Part shown: positions 43,025-55,109 of the stretch, one piece after another
Position numbering within the stretch: position 1 is the first letter of the stretch
Layout: the number at the start of each line of letters is the position of its first letter
DNA from: an uncultured delta proteobacterium
GTDB taxonomy: Bacteria > Desulfobacterota > Desulfobaccia > Desulfobaccales > 0-14-0-80-60-11
Length of the DNA: 64,000 nucleotides
Reading direction: 5' to 3'
Assembly (NCBI GenBank): GCA_963812015.1
Contig: CAWETI010000003.1
Coordinates: 32,001-96,000 of the forward strand
Translations under genes and position numbers: made by a program
Notes under the pieces: model-generated
What the model was told of the DNA's origin: nothing
Database searches by the model: none
What the model saw: the letters and a program-made list of their open reading frames with translations, nothing else

Positions 43025-43190
43025 AAAGAAAGGGGCGACCCAATGGGTCGCCCCTTCTTATACGGGTTGGGAGGGCAGGGCCGTTGGCCCTGGCCCTCTC
43101 CCCAACTTCCCTCATTCCCCCTGCCGGGCGAACGTTAGCCCGTAGCCCGTAGGGCGGGAAAGCGAAGCGCATCCCGCCTTCCGATTCTTT
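43025..43190. repeat. Cluster of short REP palindromes
   Basis: ggggcgaccca-atgggtcgcccc; gtagggcgggaaagcgaagcgcatcccgcc. Confidence 0.7.
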
Positions 43191-43288
43191 AACCTTCTCC
43201 GTCATTCGTCGCCCCTGTGCTGGCTCTTGGCCCCGTTAACTGATAACCTTGCTCCCGCTTATCAATAAAAACCAAGCACGGGAAACCC

Positions 43289-43645
43289 ATGGATAAACGC
43301 TGTTCCATCTGCACTCACTCCGCCCTCGCCGAGATCGACCAGGCTTTGCGGGCCGGGGTGTCCCTGCGTTCACTGGCCGCCCAATACGGGCTTTCCCTCT
43401 CGGCTCTGTCCCGCCACACCAAACATCTTCGCCGGGCCCTTGCCAACGCCGCGGACGAGGTTCACCAGGCCCATCAAGCCGCGCTCCTGGATAAATTGGA
43501 CCTGTTTGATGTCCGCCTGGACCGAATCTTTCGCAAGTCCGAAGAACTCAACTCCCTCCATGTTTCCCTGGGCTGTATTCAGGAGGGCCTCCGCATCTTC
43601 GCCCTCCGGGAAAAAATCCGCCAATCCCGGGAAGGTCAGCTTTAA
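43289..43645 (+). CDS. Small CxxCxH plus HTH hypothetical protein
   Basis: RCSICTH..IDQALRAGVSLRSLAAQYGLSLSALSRH. Confidence 0.7.
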   Translation: MDKRCSICTHSALAEIDQALRAGVSLRSLAAQYGLSLSALSRHTKHLRRALANAADEVHQAHQAALLDKLDLFDVRLDRIFRKSEELNSLHVSLGCIQEGLRIFALREKIRQSREGQL

Positions 43646-43859
43646 TGCCGCCGTTCCGCATCTCCTGCGCCCAACGGCCGATTTCCTACGGGTATTCAAC
43701 GACTTTCCCCCGCAACCCTTCCGCATATATCCGGGCTCCCTCCGACGCGGAAGCGGCGCGAACTCCCCTTTCCGTCCCGGCCGAGAGACGGGCAAGACAA
43801 AAAGAACTGAAAAAATAAGCCGAAAATGAGTACTTATCGTAGTTACATGGTGCCAAAAA

Positions 43860-43920
43860 TTTAGGGGCGGGTTTCAAACCCGCCCCCAGACGTAGGTAGC
43901 CGCAGGCTTTAGCCTGCGTC
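43860..43920. repeat. REP palindromes
   Basis: ggggcgggtttcaaacccgcccc; cgcaggctttagcctgcg. Confidence 0.7.
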
Positions 43921-43969
43921 ACGTATAGTTGCCCCAGGGGCTAATGATCCCGCCCCTGAATTATGCTCG

Positions 43970-46579
<2,610 letters not shown>

Positions 46580-46631
46580 TATCTTGAAAACCTCCGTGTC
46601 ATATGCCTAACATTGAGAAATCACTTAAAAA

Positions 46632-46659
46632 ATGATAAGCACCAAAGAAAGCTTGTCAA
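46632..46659 (-). promoter_or_regulatory. Sigma70-type promoter of clpB
   Basis: TTGACA, 16 nt, TATCAT on the minus strand. Confidence 0.55.
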
Positions 46660-46836
46660 GTCATTGTGAATATGTGATTACGGAAACCTCTCAAAAAGGG
46701 TGCCAGTAAATAAATTTGACGGAATTAACTTTTGGAATTAATATGAACTTAAATTTGATTATAATATTTTAAAATTGGCAAGATTTTTAATTTTTCGAAA
46801 TTTTTAGGTTCAACTCTCGATAGGAGGGAATTCCTA

Positions 46837-48276
46837 ATGCAAGTAGGAACAGAGCGCATATCTGAAGTACAAATTCATTTATTAGAAAGAGCTATGGCAG
46901 CGCGCTCCCCAAGGCAGATATTCAGTCTTCTTATGGATCTGATTAATGACGAGGACATAAATGTTGGTGATGAAGACGTACATCCAGATTGGTTAACATT
47001 GTTTGACTCAAAAATTAACTTAATACGCCGATCAGGGCCTTCATCGGCAGTCGAAAAGATTATTAATTTTTTTGGAGAACTTCAGCCCTATGATCGTGCT
47101 ATTCAAGAAATTGATTCAGAAAAACTAAGATTGACTTTCTTACTTGGGGCAGGAGCATCTAAACCTGAACCATCAAATATACCTACCGTCAAGGAACTTT
47201 TACCTCATTTGCTCGAACGTGCCCGAAGGCTTGATAGAGAAGATGTTACAAAACTAGCAGAATTCTGTGAGCGAAGAGAGATAGATAATATTGAGGACTT
47301 ATTAACTGCGGCTCAGCTTGCTACTTTCTGTACCAGAAATTCGAGAGTTCTATTTTTAGTTAATTATTTACTTTATAAAAGTGATCAAGAAAAAATTGAA
47401 ATAGAACCTAGCGCTTGGGATTATCCTCACAGGCGTGCTCAGCGAGCTACCATTGCTGATATTTCTTCGGTTGCTTTTCTTCAAGACACTTTGCAAGTGC
47501 TTTTTGGGCTTTTGGCCAGCACTATGCTCCCTGCTCAACCTAATAAAGCACATCAAGCAATAGCAGATTACGCAAATAGACATCCTAACTCTGCAATTAT
47601 AACAACCAATTACGATTGCTGCATGGATTTAGCTTTAGGAGATATAAACAGGCCTCTTCGATATCGGCTAGAGTTTGTAAATCACGACGAAAAAGATATA
47701 ACCGATGCTACTCGAATGATTAAACTGCATGGCAGCTTAAATTGGTATTATTGTGAGACTTGCCAGGAAGTTCAGCTAGTTGATATACGCCTTTTGCTTC
47801 AACAATATATAGAAGATAAGTCCCCCTATCCAGTTATTGGTATTTGCAAAGATTGTGGAGGACAACGTCGCGGACTCTTAGTACCTCCACTATCTATGAA
47901 ATTCGATATAGCTCCTCCTCTTACACCACTACTCGGTGAAGCACGAGATTCATTTGAAAAAGCCAACCTTATTGTGGTCGTAGGATTCTCTTTTGCAGAA
48001 GCAGATTTATATATATCGCGCATGTTGAGCAAATCTATGCAAACTGAAAACAATCAAAAACTATTAATAGTCGATCCCGATAACAAAATCGTATCACGAG
48101 TAAGGCGCAAGTTCAAAGCTAGTATTCCTAACTTTGATGAAAGTAGAATTTTACGTTTAGTGGGAGATTGCTCAGAAGTTCTTCCCAAATTTTTAGCTGG
48201 GGATTTCAAACATAAAATCGAAAAATCCAAAGCTGAAACAAGAGCAATAAAAAAAGCTGGAGAAAAAACTGAATAA
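46837..48276 (+). CDS. SIR2-family (SIR2_2-like) protein, AT-rich, candidate defence NADase
   Basis: FLLGAGAS, IITTNYD, IKLHGSLNW, CETC..CKDC, VVGFSF. Confidence 0.88.
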   Translation: MQVGTERISEVQIHLLERAMAARSPRQIFSLLMDLINDEDINVGDEDVHPDWLTLFDSKINLIRRSGPSSAVEKIINFFGELQPYDRAIQEIDSEKLRLTFLLGAGASKPEPSNIPTVKELLPHLLERARRLDREDVTKLAEFCERREIDNIEDLLTAAQLATFCTRNSRVLFLVNYLLYKSDQEKIEIEPSAWDYPHRRAQRATIADISSVAFLQDTLQVLFGLLASTMLPAQPNKAHQAIADYANRHPNSAIITTNYDCCMDLALGDINRPLRYRLEFVNHDEKDITDATRMIKLHGSLNWYYCETCQEVQLVDIRLLLQQYIEDKSPYPVIGICKDCGGQRRGLLVPPLSMKFDIAPPLTPLLGEARDSFEKANLIVVVGFSFAEADLYISRMLSKSMQTENNQKLLIVDPDNKIVSRVRRKFKASIPNFDESRILRLVGDCSEVLPKFLAGDFKHKIEKSKAETRAIKKAGEKTE

Positions 48277-48367
48277 CCTACAATTATTGTCCGATTAGTA
48301 GCCTATCAGGATGGGCTATATTTAGCATGACAGTAAATGAAAAAGAATCATTCTTGCCGGTGAGTCA

Positions 48368-49111
48368 ATGAGAGTGGTGGCCATCATCCCCGCCCGCTTC
48401 GGCTCCAGCCGCTTCCCGGGGAAGCCCCTGGCGCTGATCTTAGGCAAGCCCTTGATCCAGCGGGTCTATGAACAGGCCTTGCAGGTGAAAGATTTGGACG
48501 GGGTCTGGGTGGCCACGGATGATGCCCGTATCCGGGAATGCGTGGAATCCTTTGGGGGCCGGGTGGTCATGACCCGGGAGGACCATCCTTCCGGCAGCGA
48601 CCGCCTGGCCGAAGCCGCGGCCCTCCTTGGCCTGGCGCCCGAGGACATCGTCATCAACATCCAGGGAGACCAGCCGGTCTTTCCCCCGGACCTCATATCC
48701 CAATTGTCCGGGGTCCTCTCCCGTGACCCCGAGGTGGTCATGGTCACCCCGGTGCGACGCTTAAGCGATCCTTCCGCCGCGGCCAACCCCAACACGGTCA
48801 AGGTGGTCTTCGACCGGGCCGGGCGCGCCCTCTATTTCTCCCGGAGCCTTCTGCCCTTCTGGCGGGACGGCGGCCACCCCTATTTCTATCGGCACATCGG
48901 CATCTACGCCTACCGCGTGCAGTTTCTCAAAGAATTCGTCCACCTGCCCCCGGGGCGGTGGGAAACGGCCGAGAAGCTGGAGCAGCTCCGGGCCCTGGAA
49001 CACGGCTATGCCATTCACATCGTGGAGACGACCGGGGATACCCGGGAGGTGGACACCCCGGAAGACCTGCGGCAGGTGGAAGATTTTCTCCGGAAGCAAG
49101 CGCCGGCCTGA
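48368..49111 (+). CDS. kdsB: 3-deoxy-manno-octulosonate cytidylyltransferase
   Basis: IIPARFGSSRFPGKPL, SGSDR, NIQGDQP, ALYFSR, EKLEQLRALE. Confidence 0.96.
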   Translation: MRVVAIIPARFGSSRFPGKPLALILGKPLIQRVYEQALQVKDLDGVWVATDDARIRECVESFGGRVVMTREDHPSGSDRLAEAAALLGLAPEDIVINIQGDQPVFPPDLISQLSGVLSRDPEVVMVTPVRRLSDPSAAANPNTVKVVFDRAGRALYFSRSLLPFWRDGGHPYFYRHIGIYAYRVQFLKEFVHLPPGRWETAEKLEQLRALEHGYAIHIVETTGDTREVDTPEDLRQVEDFLRKQAPA

Positions 49112-49238
49112 AACCGGATTTTTTTATAGGGGCGGACCGGGGAAAGTCCTGACGGGAAAACGAAAAATACCCCACCCTGCCCTCAATCTCCCCTGCCAAC
49201 CCCCTGGAAGAGATGAAAATTAGGAGAAAGGCTGAAGA

Positions 49239-50441
49239 TCAAAGGGCCGCGTCTGGGGGAACAGTCGATCCCTGGTAATACGCCGGGAATTTCTGGGCCA
49301 GAACCGGCCGCAAGTGCGTGTAGATAATCTCCCCCACCCGGGCGGCGCCGGCGTTGGTGTAGTGCATCAGGTCGTAATAGTAGGTGGAGTTTTTGGGCAT
49401 CTCCCGGGCCAGGTCAATCACCAGGACGCCCCTTTCCCGGCCCACCTCCCGGGTGACGTCGTTGTAAAGTTCCAGAACCTGCCAGGCCGTGGCCCCATTC
49501 ATATCCTTGGACACAAAGCGGTGGCCCAGATCCACCCCGGTGGCCTCATCCACCACTTCGCCGTAGAGCACCGGCTGGGTCACCAGCACCGGCATAATAG
49601 TATGCTCCCGGCAAAGAGTAATGAGTTTTTCCAGTCTGGCTTTATACGGCCCCAAGTAACGGTCGCGATGTTCCTTAATGATGGCGGCGTTAGCCTCTGC
49701 TGAGACGTCTAAATGCGGCAGCGTTTTAAAGTCGATTTCTTGGGGTTTGTTTTGGTTGTTCATCATGACTGACTTGGGAAAATAGAAGCGGTACAGGTTC
49801 AAGGCCGCGCTGGCCAGTTCACTGTGCACCGCCGCGGACGCCAGAAAGCGCTCCAGGGAGCGGGCGTTAAACCCTTGAATCATCTGGTCAAAATCACGTT
49901 CCCCCCGAATCCCCACGTCGTTAATCCCCACCAGGAAGATCACCACCTTGGGCTTCAACTTCACCAGGTAATCCTGCATCAAGATGTAGTGCCCAAAGGT
50001 GGAATTGCCGCTGAGGCCGGCATTATTGAGCCAGAGAGGCTTGAAGTCGCGCTGCAAGTCCACTCCCAACACGTGGGGCCAGGTCTTATCCTCCGCCAGG
50101 TCGAAACATTCGGTGGTACTGCCGCCCACCGTCACGATAGTCAGGTCCCGGGAAAAATCGGCGGGCGGCTCCGGGCCCCGGAACCCCAAGGAATTCCTCT
50201 GATTAATGATGACCTTATCCAGTTTCCCTAAGCCGTGTTCATGGTGGATGATTTCTTTTTTATTGATGGGCAGAATGATTTTGTCACCCTTGATTCTGAA
50301 GCCCAAAGGATTATAAATTCTCAAAGCCAGTTCACAGAGACCTAACACTAAAGTAAAACTTATCAATAAAACCAAAAGATTTTTGCCAATATTACTTAAT
50401 CTGGCCCATTTGGTTGCTTGTAACCGTTCTTTCTTTGCCAT
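49239..50441 (-). CDS. Membrane-anchored SGNH/GDSL hydrolase
   Basis: N-terminal TM, NSLGFRG, GGSTTE, NAGLSG, GIND, DLMHYT. Confidence 0.88.
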   Translation of the reverse strand: MAKKERLQATKWARLSNIGKNLLVLLISFTLVLGLCELALRIYNPLGFRIKGDKIILPINKKEIIHHEHGLGKLDKVIINQRNSLGFRGPEPPADFSRDLTIVTVGGSTTECFDLAEDKTWPHVLGVDLQRDFKPLWLNNAGLSGNSTFGHYILMQDYLVKLKPKVVIFLVGINDVGIRGERDFDQMIQGFNARSLERFLASAAVHSELASAALNLYRFYFPKSVMMNNQNKPQEIDFKTLPHLDVSAEANAAIIKEHRDRYLGPYKARLEKLITLCREHTIMPVLVTQPVLYGEVVDEATGVDLGHRFVSKDMNGATAWQVLELYNDVTREVGRERGVLVIDLAREMPKNSTYYYDLMHYTNAGAARVGEIIYTHLRPVLAQKFPAYYQGSTVPPDAAL

Positions 50442-50676
50442 TACTTAGCGCTCCCGACTTCATTTTATGTATCATGCGCGCCTCAATTGTCAAGAGGAAT
50501 CCCGACTTAGCCCCAACCCGATTTTTCGTATTGCGGCAAATCCCGGGTAATTAACCGGCATTACTTAATGAGGCCGGCCTGACCTAACCCCTTGCCAGGG
50601 AAGCCGGATTGGACTATAGTCTCGAAAATGGAGTGACAGTGGCCCCCCGGTTGATTCTGTCCGAAAGAAGAAAGCT

Positions 50677-51396
50677 ATGCTGAATCCCCAAGCGCGGCTG
50701 ATTTTTGCTCTGGATGTGGCGGATAAGAGCACGGCCCTTTCTTATGTCAAGCAACTCCGCCATGAAGTCGGGATGTTCAAGGTCGGCCTGGAACTATTTT
50801 TAGCTGAGGGTCCGCAGGTCCTTCAGGATGTGGTCAATGCCGCAGCTCCTGCCAAAGTATTTCTGGATTTAAAACTCTACGATATTCCCGCCACCGTCCT
50901 GGGGGCCATGAAATCGATCTTACCTGGAGTGGCTCTGGTTACGGTCCCCAGCGATCTGGGCCCCACAAGCTTGAAAAAAATTGTTGAGGGGACGGCGTTC
51001 AAAGTTCTGGCCGTGACCGTGCTCACCAGCATGACCGGAGTCGATCTCCAGGCCCTGGGCTATGACTCCCGTTATGGCCAGGACCCTACCGCTCTGGTCT
51101 TACGCAAGGCCAAAATGGCCCAGGAGGCCGGCTGCCATGGGGTGGTCTGTTCGGGACGGGAGGTTAAGGCCGTGAAAGAACAGTGCGGCGAAAATTTCCT
51201 GGCGGTCTGCCCGGGGATTCGCCCGGCCTGGGCCGCGGTCCCCGGGGACGACCAGCGGCGCATCGTCACCCCGTTGGAGGCCATCGCCCATGGGGCCGAC
51301 TATATCGTGGTGGGCCGCCCCATCCGCCAGGCGGAAAATCCCGCGGCCGCAGCCCACCGGGTGGTGGAGGAGATCGCGGCGGGAATGAGGCAATGA
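50677..51396 (+). CDS. pyrF: Orotidine-5'-phosphate decarboxylase
   Basis: FALDV, FKVG, FLDLKLYDIPATV, PGIR, DQRR, VVGRPI. Confidence 0.95.
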   Translation: MLNPQARLIFALDVADKSTALSYVKQLRHEVGMFKVGLELFLAEGPQVLQDVVNAAAPAKVFLDLKLYDIPATVLGAMKSILPGVALVTVPSDLGPTSLKKIVEGTAFKVLAVTVLTSMTGVDLQALGYDSRYGQDPTALVLRKAKMAQEAGCHGVVCSGREVKAVKEQCGENFLAVCPGIRPAWAAVPGDDQRRIVTPLEAIAHGADYIVVGRPIRQAENPAAAAHRVVEEIAAGMRQ

Positions 51397-51527
51397 TGAA
51401 AGGATTGGGGAGAGGGAGCCAGGGACTTTTTCGTTTTTCGTAAGTGGCCCCTGTCCCCTCTCCCAAATCCAGAAGGGAGGGGCGGCCCTGGGGTCGCCCT
51501 GGAGACTAATCAACCTAACCAATTCTT

Positions 51528-52436
51528 ATGGCCTTATTCGAAGCACGTAAAATCTCACCCGTGGTCATCTCCACCGCCCTGGGGCATGACGGCCGGGGCA
51601 TCTTCCCCTATACCCTGCTCCCCGGTTATCGCCGGCTGGTGGCGGCCGTCAGGGACACCGGCACCACGGTGTTCACCAAATCCGCCACCCGTTTTCCGCG
51701 TCGGGGCAACTTCATCCCCGCCAACCCCCTCACCTGGAAATACATCCGGCGCCTCCCGGATATGGGCATGCTCAACGCCTACGGCCTCACCAACGAGGGG
51801 GTGGAAGTCTGTGCCCCGCAGATCAGGCGGGCCTGCGACCAGGGGTTCAAAATTATCCCCAATCTCTATCCCGAGTTCATCAAGGGCACGACCATCGCCA
51901 TCCAGGAGACCCTGGAGGCGGTGGAGATCTACCAACGGGGCTTGGGCCCCCACTTCCGGGCCCTGGAACTCAACTACTCCTGCCCCAACTCCGAGGAGGC
52001 CATTGCTAAAAATGTGGTCCAGGCGCTCCAATGCACCCGGAAAGTGCGCAGCCTCTATCCTCGGCTGTTTTTAATCGCCAAGCTCAGCATCTGTCACCCC
52101 TACGAGTTCGCCCAGGAACTGGAGCACATCGGACTCAACGCCCTCCACGCCGTCAACACCATCCCCTACAATATTGTCTTTCCGTTGCAGCCCTCCCCCC
52201 TGGGAGAGGTGGGCGGCGGCGGCGTCTCAGGGGGGCCGGCCTTCCCCCTGGCCGTAAAGTATAATCAGGAATTGCGGAAAAAAGTCGGCCTGTTCCTGAT
52301 CATGGGCGGCGGGATCACCAGCCGGGATGACGTCCAACGCTGTTTCGACCTGGGCGCCGACTCGGTCAGCCTGTGCACTTTGGCCCTGCGGAAGCCCCAG
52401 GAGGCGGCCAGGGTCGTGGTCAAGTATAATGGCTGA
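51528..52436 (+). CDS. pyrD: Dihydroorotate dehydrogenase-like protein (class 1)
   Basis: TKSAT, MLNAYGLTNEG, ELNYSCPN, AKLS, VNTI, GGVSG; follows pyrF. Confidence 0.8.
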   Translation: MALFEARKISPVVISTALGHDGRGIFPYTLLPGYRRLVAAVRDTGTTVFTKSATRFPRRGNFIPANPLTWKYIRRLPDMGMLNAYGLTNEGVEVCAPQIRRACDQGFKIIPNLYPEFIKGTTIAIQETLEAVEIYQRGLGPHFRALELNYSCPNSEEAIAKNVVQALQCTRKVRSLYPRLFLIAKLSICHPYEFAQELEHIGLNALHAVNTIPYNIVFPLQPSPLGEVGGGGVSGGPAFPLAVKYNQELRKKVGLFLIMGGGITSRDDVQRCFDLGADSVSLCTLALRKPQEAARVVVKYNG

Positions 52437-52539
52437 GGCGGCACCGGCAGTCTGGAGATTTTACCGCGGCAGTAACGGATAAGGAAGGCCATCGGCCACT
52501 AACGCAGACAGCGTGAGGCAGGAAGACCAGCATTAAAAT

Positions 52540-52567
52540 CAAACCGGGGAGTTATTTCCCCGGTTTG
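52540..52567. terminator. Hairpin between convergent genes (probable terminator)
   Basis: caaaccgggga-gttatt-tccccggtttg. Confidence 0.6.
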
Positions 52568-52762
52568 CTGGTTGTGTGTCCTGCGGGCGGCAGGGATTGG
52601 GTGCGGGCCAGGAGGCGGAGGCTCCCACCACGCCTGCCATCACTGCTTACCTCGAATCTATTGGACCGTCCGAATGTGGTAACCGCACTATAGTATAACT
52701 TCCCACCATCATTCGGGAAATTCGGCCCAGAGGCGGGGTCACCCCGCCCCGGGGCCGAATTA

Positions 52763-54703
52763 CTACTTGCCGATCACCAGGATGGTGGCGTCTTTGGCGA
52801 CGGAGGCGCCGGGCTCGAAGTTGATGGCCTTCACCACTCCGGAGGCCGGGGCCGGGAGCGAGTTCTGCATCTTCATGGCTTCCAGGACGCAGACCAGGTC
52901 GCCGGTGGCCACCGTATCTCCCACCTTCACGGCGTAGCTGATGATCATCCCGGGCATGGGCGCCTTCAGGGGTACTTCCCCCGCGGCCAGGGCCGTCCCG
53001 GCCGGGGCCGCCGCAGGTTTGGGCGCCGGCGCCGGCGGAGCCGCAGCCACCGGGCGGGGCGCCGCCACCGAGGTCACCCCGGTGAGCACCGGGGCCCCGG
53101 AGGTGCACTCCACCTCCACCTGGTAGTACTGCCCGTCCACGAAGACGTTGAAGCCCCTCAGTCCCGGACCCTTCTCCGGCGCCGCCTGGTCCAGGGTGTC
53201 CAGGTACTCCTTGACCTTGGCAAACAGCTTCTTCTGCTTGATGGTCAGGTAGACCCCGTCTTCCAGGGCGATCTGCTCCAGGGTCTTGCCCTTGACCTCG
53301 GCGGGGATGGGCTCCAGCCCGTACTTCCACTTGAGGAAGCGCATGCCGGTGGTGGGGTACAGGGCGTAGATCAGGATGTCCCCCTCGTTCTTGGCAATCG
53401 CCTTGGTATCCGCCACCGCCTTGTCCCATTCGGGCTCCAAGATGTCCCCGGGGCGCCCGGTGGTGGGCGTTTCGCCCCGCTCGTAGCCCTTGAGGATGTG
53501 CTTCTGCACTTCCTTATCCATGGGGGCCGGGGTCTTGCCGTAGAGGCCGTAAGCCAGGCCCTGGGTCTCGGCGGTCACCTTTTTATAGCGCCCGAACAAA
53601 ACATTCATCACCGCCTGGATACCCACGATCTGGCTGGTGGGGGTCACCAGGGGCGGGAACCCCAGCTCTTGCCGGGTCTGGGGCAGGTCCTCCATCACCT
53701 CGTGGATGCGGTCCAACGCGTCCAGCTCCTTCAGCTGGTTCACCAGGTTGGAGTACATGCCCCCGGGGATCTGGTGCAGGAGCACCCCGGTGTCGATCTG
53801 GGCCATCTTGGAGGTGTCCAGCAGGTCCCGGTATTTCACCGCCACCTTCTCCAGGTCGTAGCCGATCTCGATGAGCTTGGCCAGGTCCATGTCGGTTTCC
53901 CGGTCGGTCTGCTCCACCGCCACCAGGAGCGGCTCGATGGCCGGCTGGGAGGTGCGCAGGGCAAAAGGCGACAGGCAGGTGTCCAGCACGTCCACCCCGG
54001 CCTCGATGGCCTTTAAGTAGCTCATGGAACCCGAGCCTGAGGTGTAGTGGGTGTGGAACTCCACCGGGATCTTGATGCTCTCTTTCATCCCTTTGATGAT
54101 GGCGTAGGCGTCATTGGGGGAGCACATGCCGGCCATATCCTTCAAGACCACCGAGTCGGCCCCCATGTCCTCGGACTTTTTCGCAAAGTTCACATAGTAG
54201 TCCAGGTTGAAGATGGGGCCGCCCATGCGCCGCTGGGTCAGGGAATAGCACACCGCCGCCTGGAAGTGGGCCATGAGCCCTTCCTTCTTGGCGTCCATCA
54301 GGGCCTTCACCGCCACTTCCCAGTTGCGCATGTCGTTCAAGGCGTCGAAGACCCGGAAGATGTCCACCCCGGCCTCGGCGGTGTAGCGCACGAACCGGTA
54401 AGTGAGGTCGTCGGCGTAGTTCCGGTACCCCACCAGATTCTGGCCCCGGAGCAGCATCATGGTGGGGGTCTTCTTCAGGATCCCCTTGATGGTGCGGATC
54501 CGCTCCCAGGGGTCGTCCCCCAGGAACCGGTGGGTGGTGTCAAAGGTGGCGCCCCCCCAGACCTCGATGGCAAAGTAGCCCATCTGGTCCATGCGCTCCA
54601 TGAAGGGAATGATGTCCTCGGAACGCATGCGGGTGGCCAACAGCGACTGGTGCCCGTCCCGAAAGGTGGTGTCCGTGAATTTGATGGGATTTTTTCCGGC
54701 CAT
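52763..54703 (-). CDS. Pyruvate carboxyltransferase (transcarboxylase 5S / PycB / OadA-like) fused to biotin carrier
   Basis: FRDGHQSLLATRM, EVWGGATFD, LKDMAG, HTHYT, EAMKM biotin motif. Confidence 0.93.
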   Translation of the reverse strand: MAGKNPIKFTDTTFRDGHQSLLATRMRSEDIIPFMERMDQMGYFAIEVWGGATFDTTHRFLGDDPWERIRTIKGILKKTPTMMLLRGQNLVGYRNYADDLTYRFVRYTAEAGVDIFRVFDALNDMRNWEVAVKALMDAKKEGLMAHFQAAVCYSLTQRRMGGPIFNLDYYVNFAKKSEDMGADSVVLKDMAGMCSPNDAYAIIKGMKESIKIPVEFHTHYTSGSGSMSYLKAIEAGVDVLDTCLSPFALRTSQPAIEPLLVAVEQTDRETDMDLAKLIEIGYDLEKVAVKYRDLLDTSKMAQIDTGVLLHQIPGGMYSNLVNQLKELDALDRIHEVMEDLPQTRQELGFPPLVTPTSQIVGIQAVMNVLFGRYKKVTAETQGLAYGLYGKTPAPMDKEVQKHILKGYERGETPTTGRPGDILEPEWDKAVADTKAIAKNEGDILIYALYPTTGMRFLKWKYGLEPIPAEVKGKTLEQIALEDGVYLTIKQKKLFAKVKEYLDTLDQAAPEKGPGLRGFNVFVDGQYYQVEVECTSGAPVLTGVTSVAAPRPVAAAPPAPAPKPAAAPAGTALAAGEVPLKAPMPGMIISYAVKVGDTVATGDLVCVLEAMKMQNSLPAPASGVVKAINFEPGASVAKDATILVIGK

Positions 54704-54723
54704 TGATTACTCCTTAGCTTATA

Positions 54724-54766
54724 GGGCGTGCCGTGCACGCCGATTGATGGCGGCCACGGGCCGCCC
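54724..54766. repeat. Double-palindrome REP (second copy at 59391-59432)
   Basis: ggcgtgccgtgcacgcc..atggcggccacgggccgccc. Confidence 0.7.
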
Positions 54767-54808
54767 TATAACTGGTATCTTCTCGTCAATTCCGGGCGCG
54801 CCCGACGG

Positions 54809-55009
54809 CTACCGCAAACTCCGCCGCTGCATCAACTGCCTGAGCTGCATGGCCGTCTGACGACCGGCTAGGGCCCAGAGGTTCAGGGGCGGGCCCGCCG
54901 GCGCCGCCATCATGCCGGCGGCCGCAACCTGATAAGCCTCTTCCTCGGCGATATACGCCGCGATGGCCCCGCTGATGGCCGCCAGCACCTGGGGTTTGAT
55001 TACACTCAT
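54809..55009 (-). CDS. Small carboxylase accessory subunit (delta/epsilon-like)
   Basis: VLAAISGAIAAYI..NLWALAGRQ; lies between the carboxyltransferase genes. Confidence 0.75.
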   Translation of the reverse strand: MSVIKPQVLAAISGAIAAYIAEEEAYQVAAAGMMAAPAGPPLNLWALAGRQTAMQLRQLMQRRSLR

Positions 55010-55109
55010 AAACTCTCTCCTATGAGTAGCCAGCTGCCGGTCCCCAGCAGCCAGCGGGGCGCAATTCATGCTTCCTCTGACTACTGACAACTGACCACTG
55101 GCGACTGCC

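Noticed and set aside
43025..43925. Possible CRISPR array among clustered palindromes (also 59385-59545)
   Set aside because: Palindromes differ in sequence and lack regular repeat-spacer periodicity; no cas genes
46580..46680. CIRCE or HAIR heat-shock operator upstream of clpB
   Set aside because: No TTAGCACTC-N9-GAGTGCTAA or CTTGAGT-N7-ACTCAAG match found
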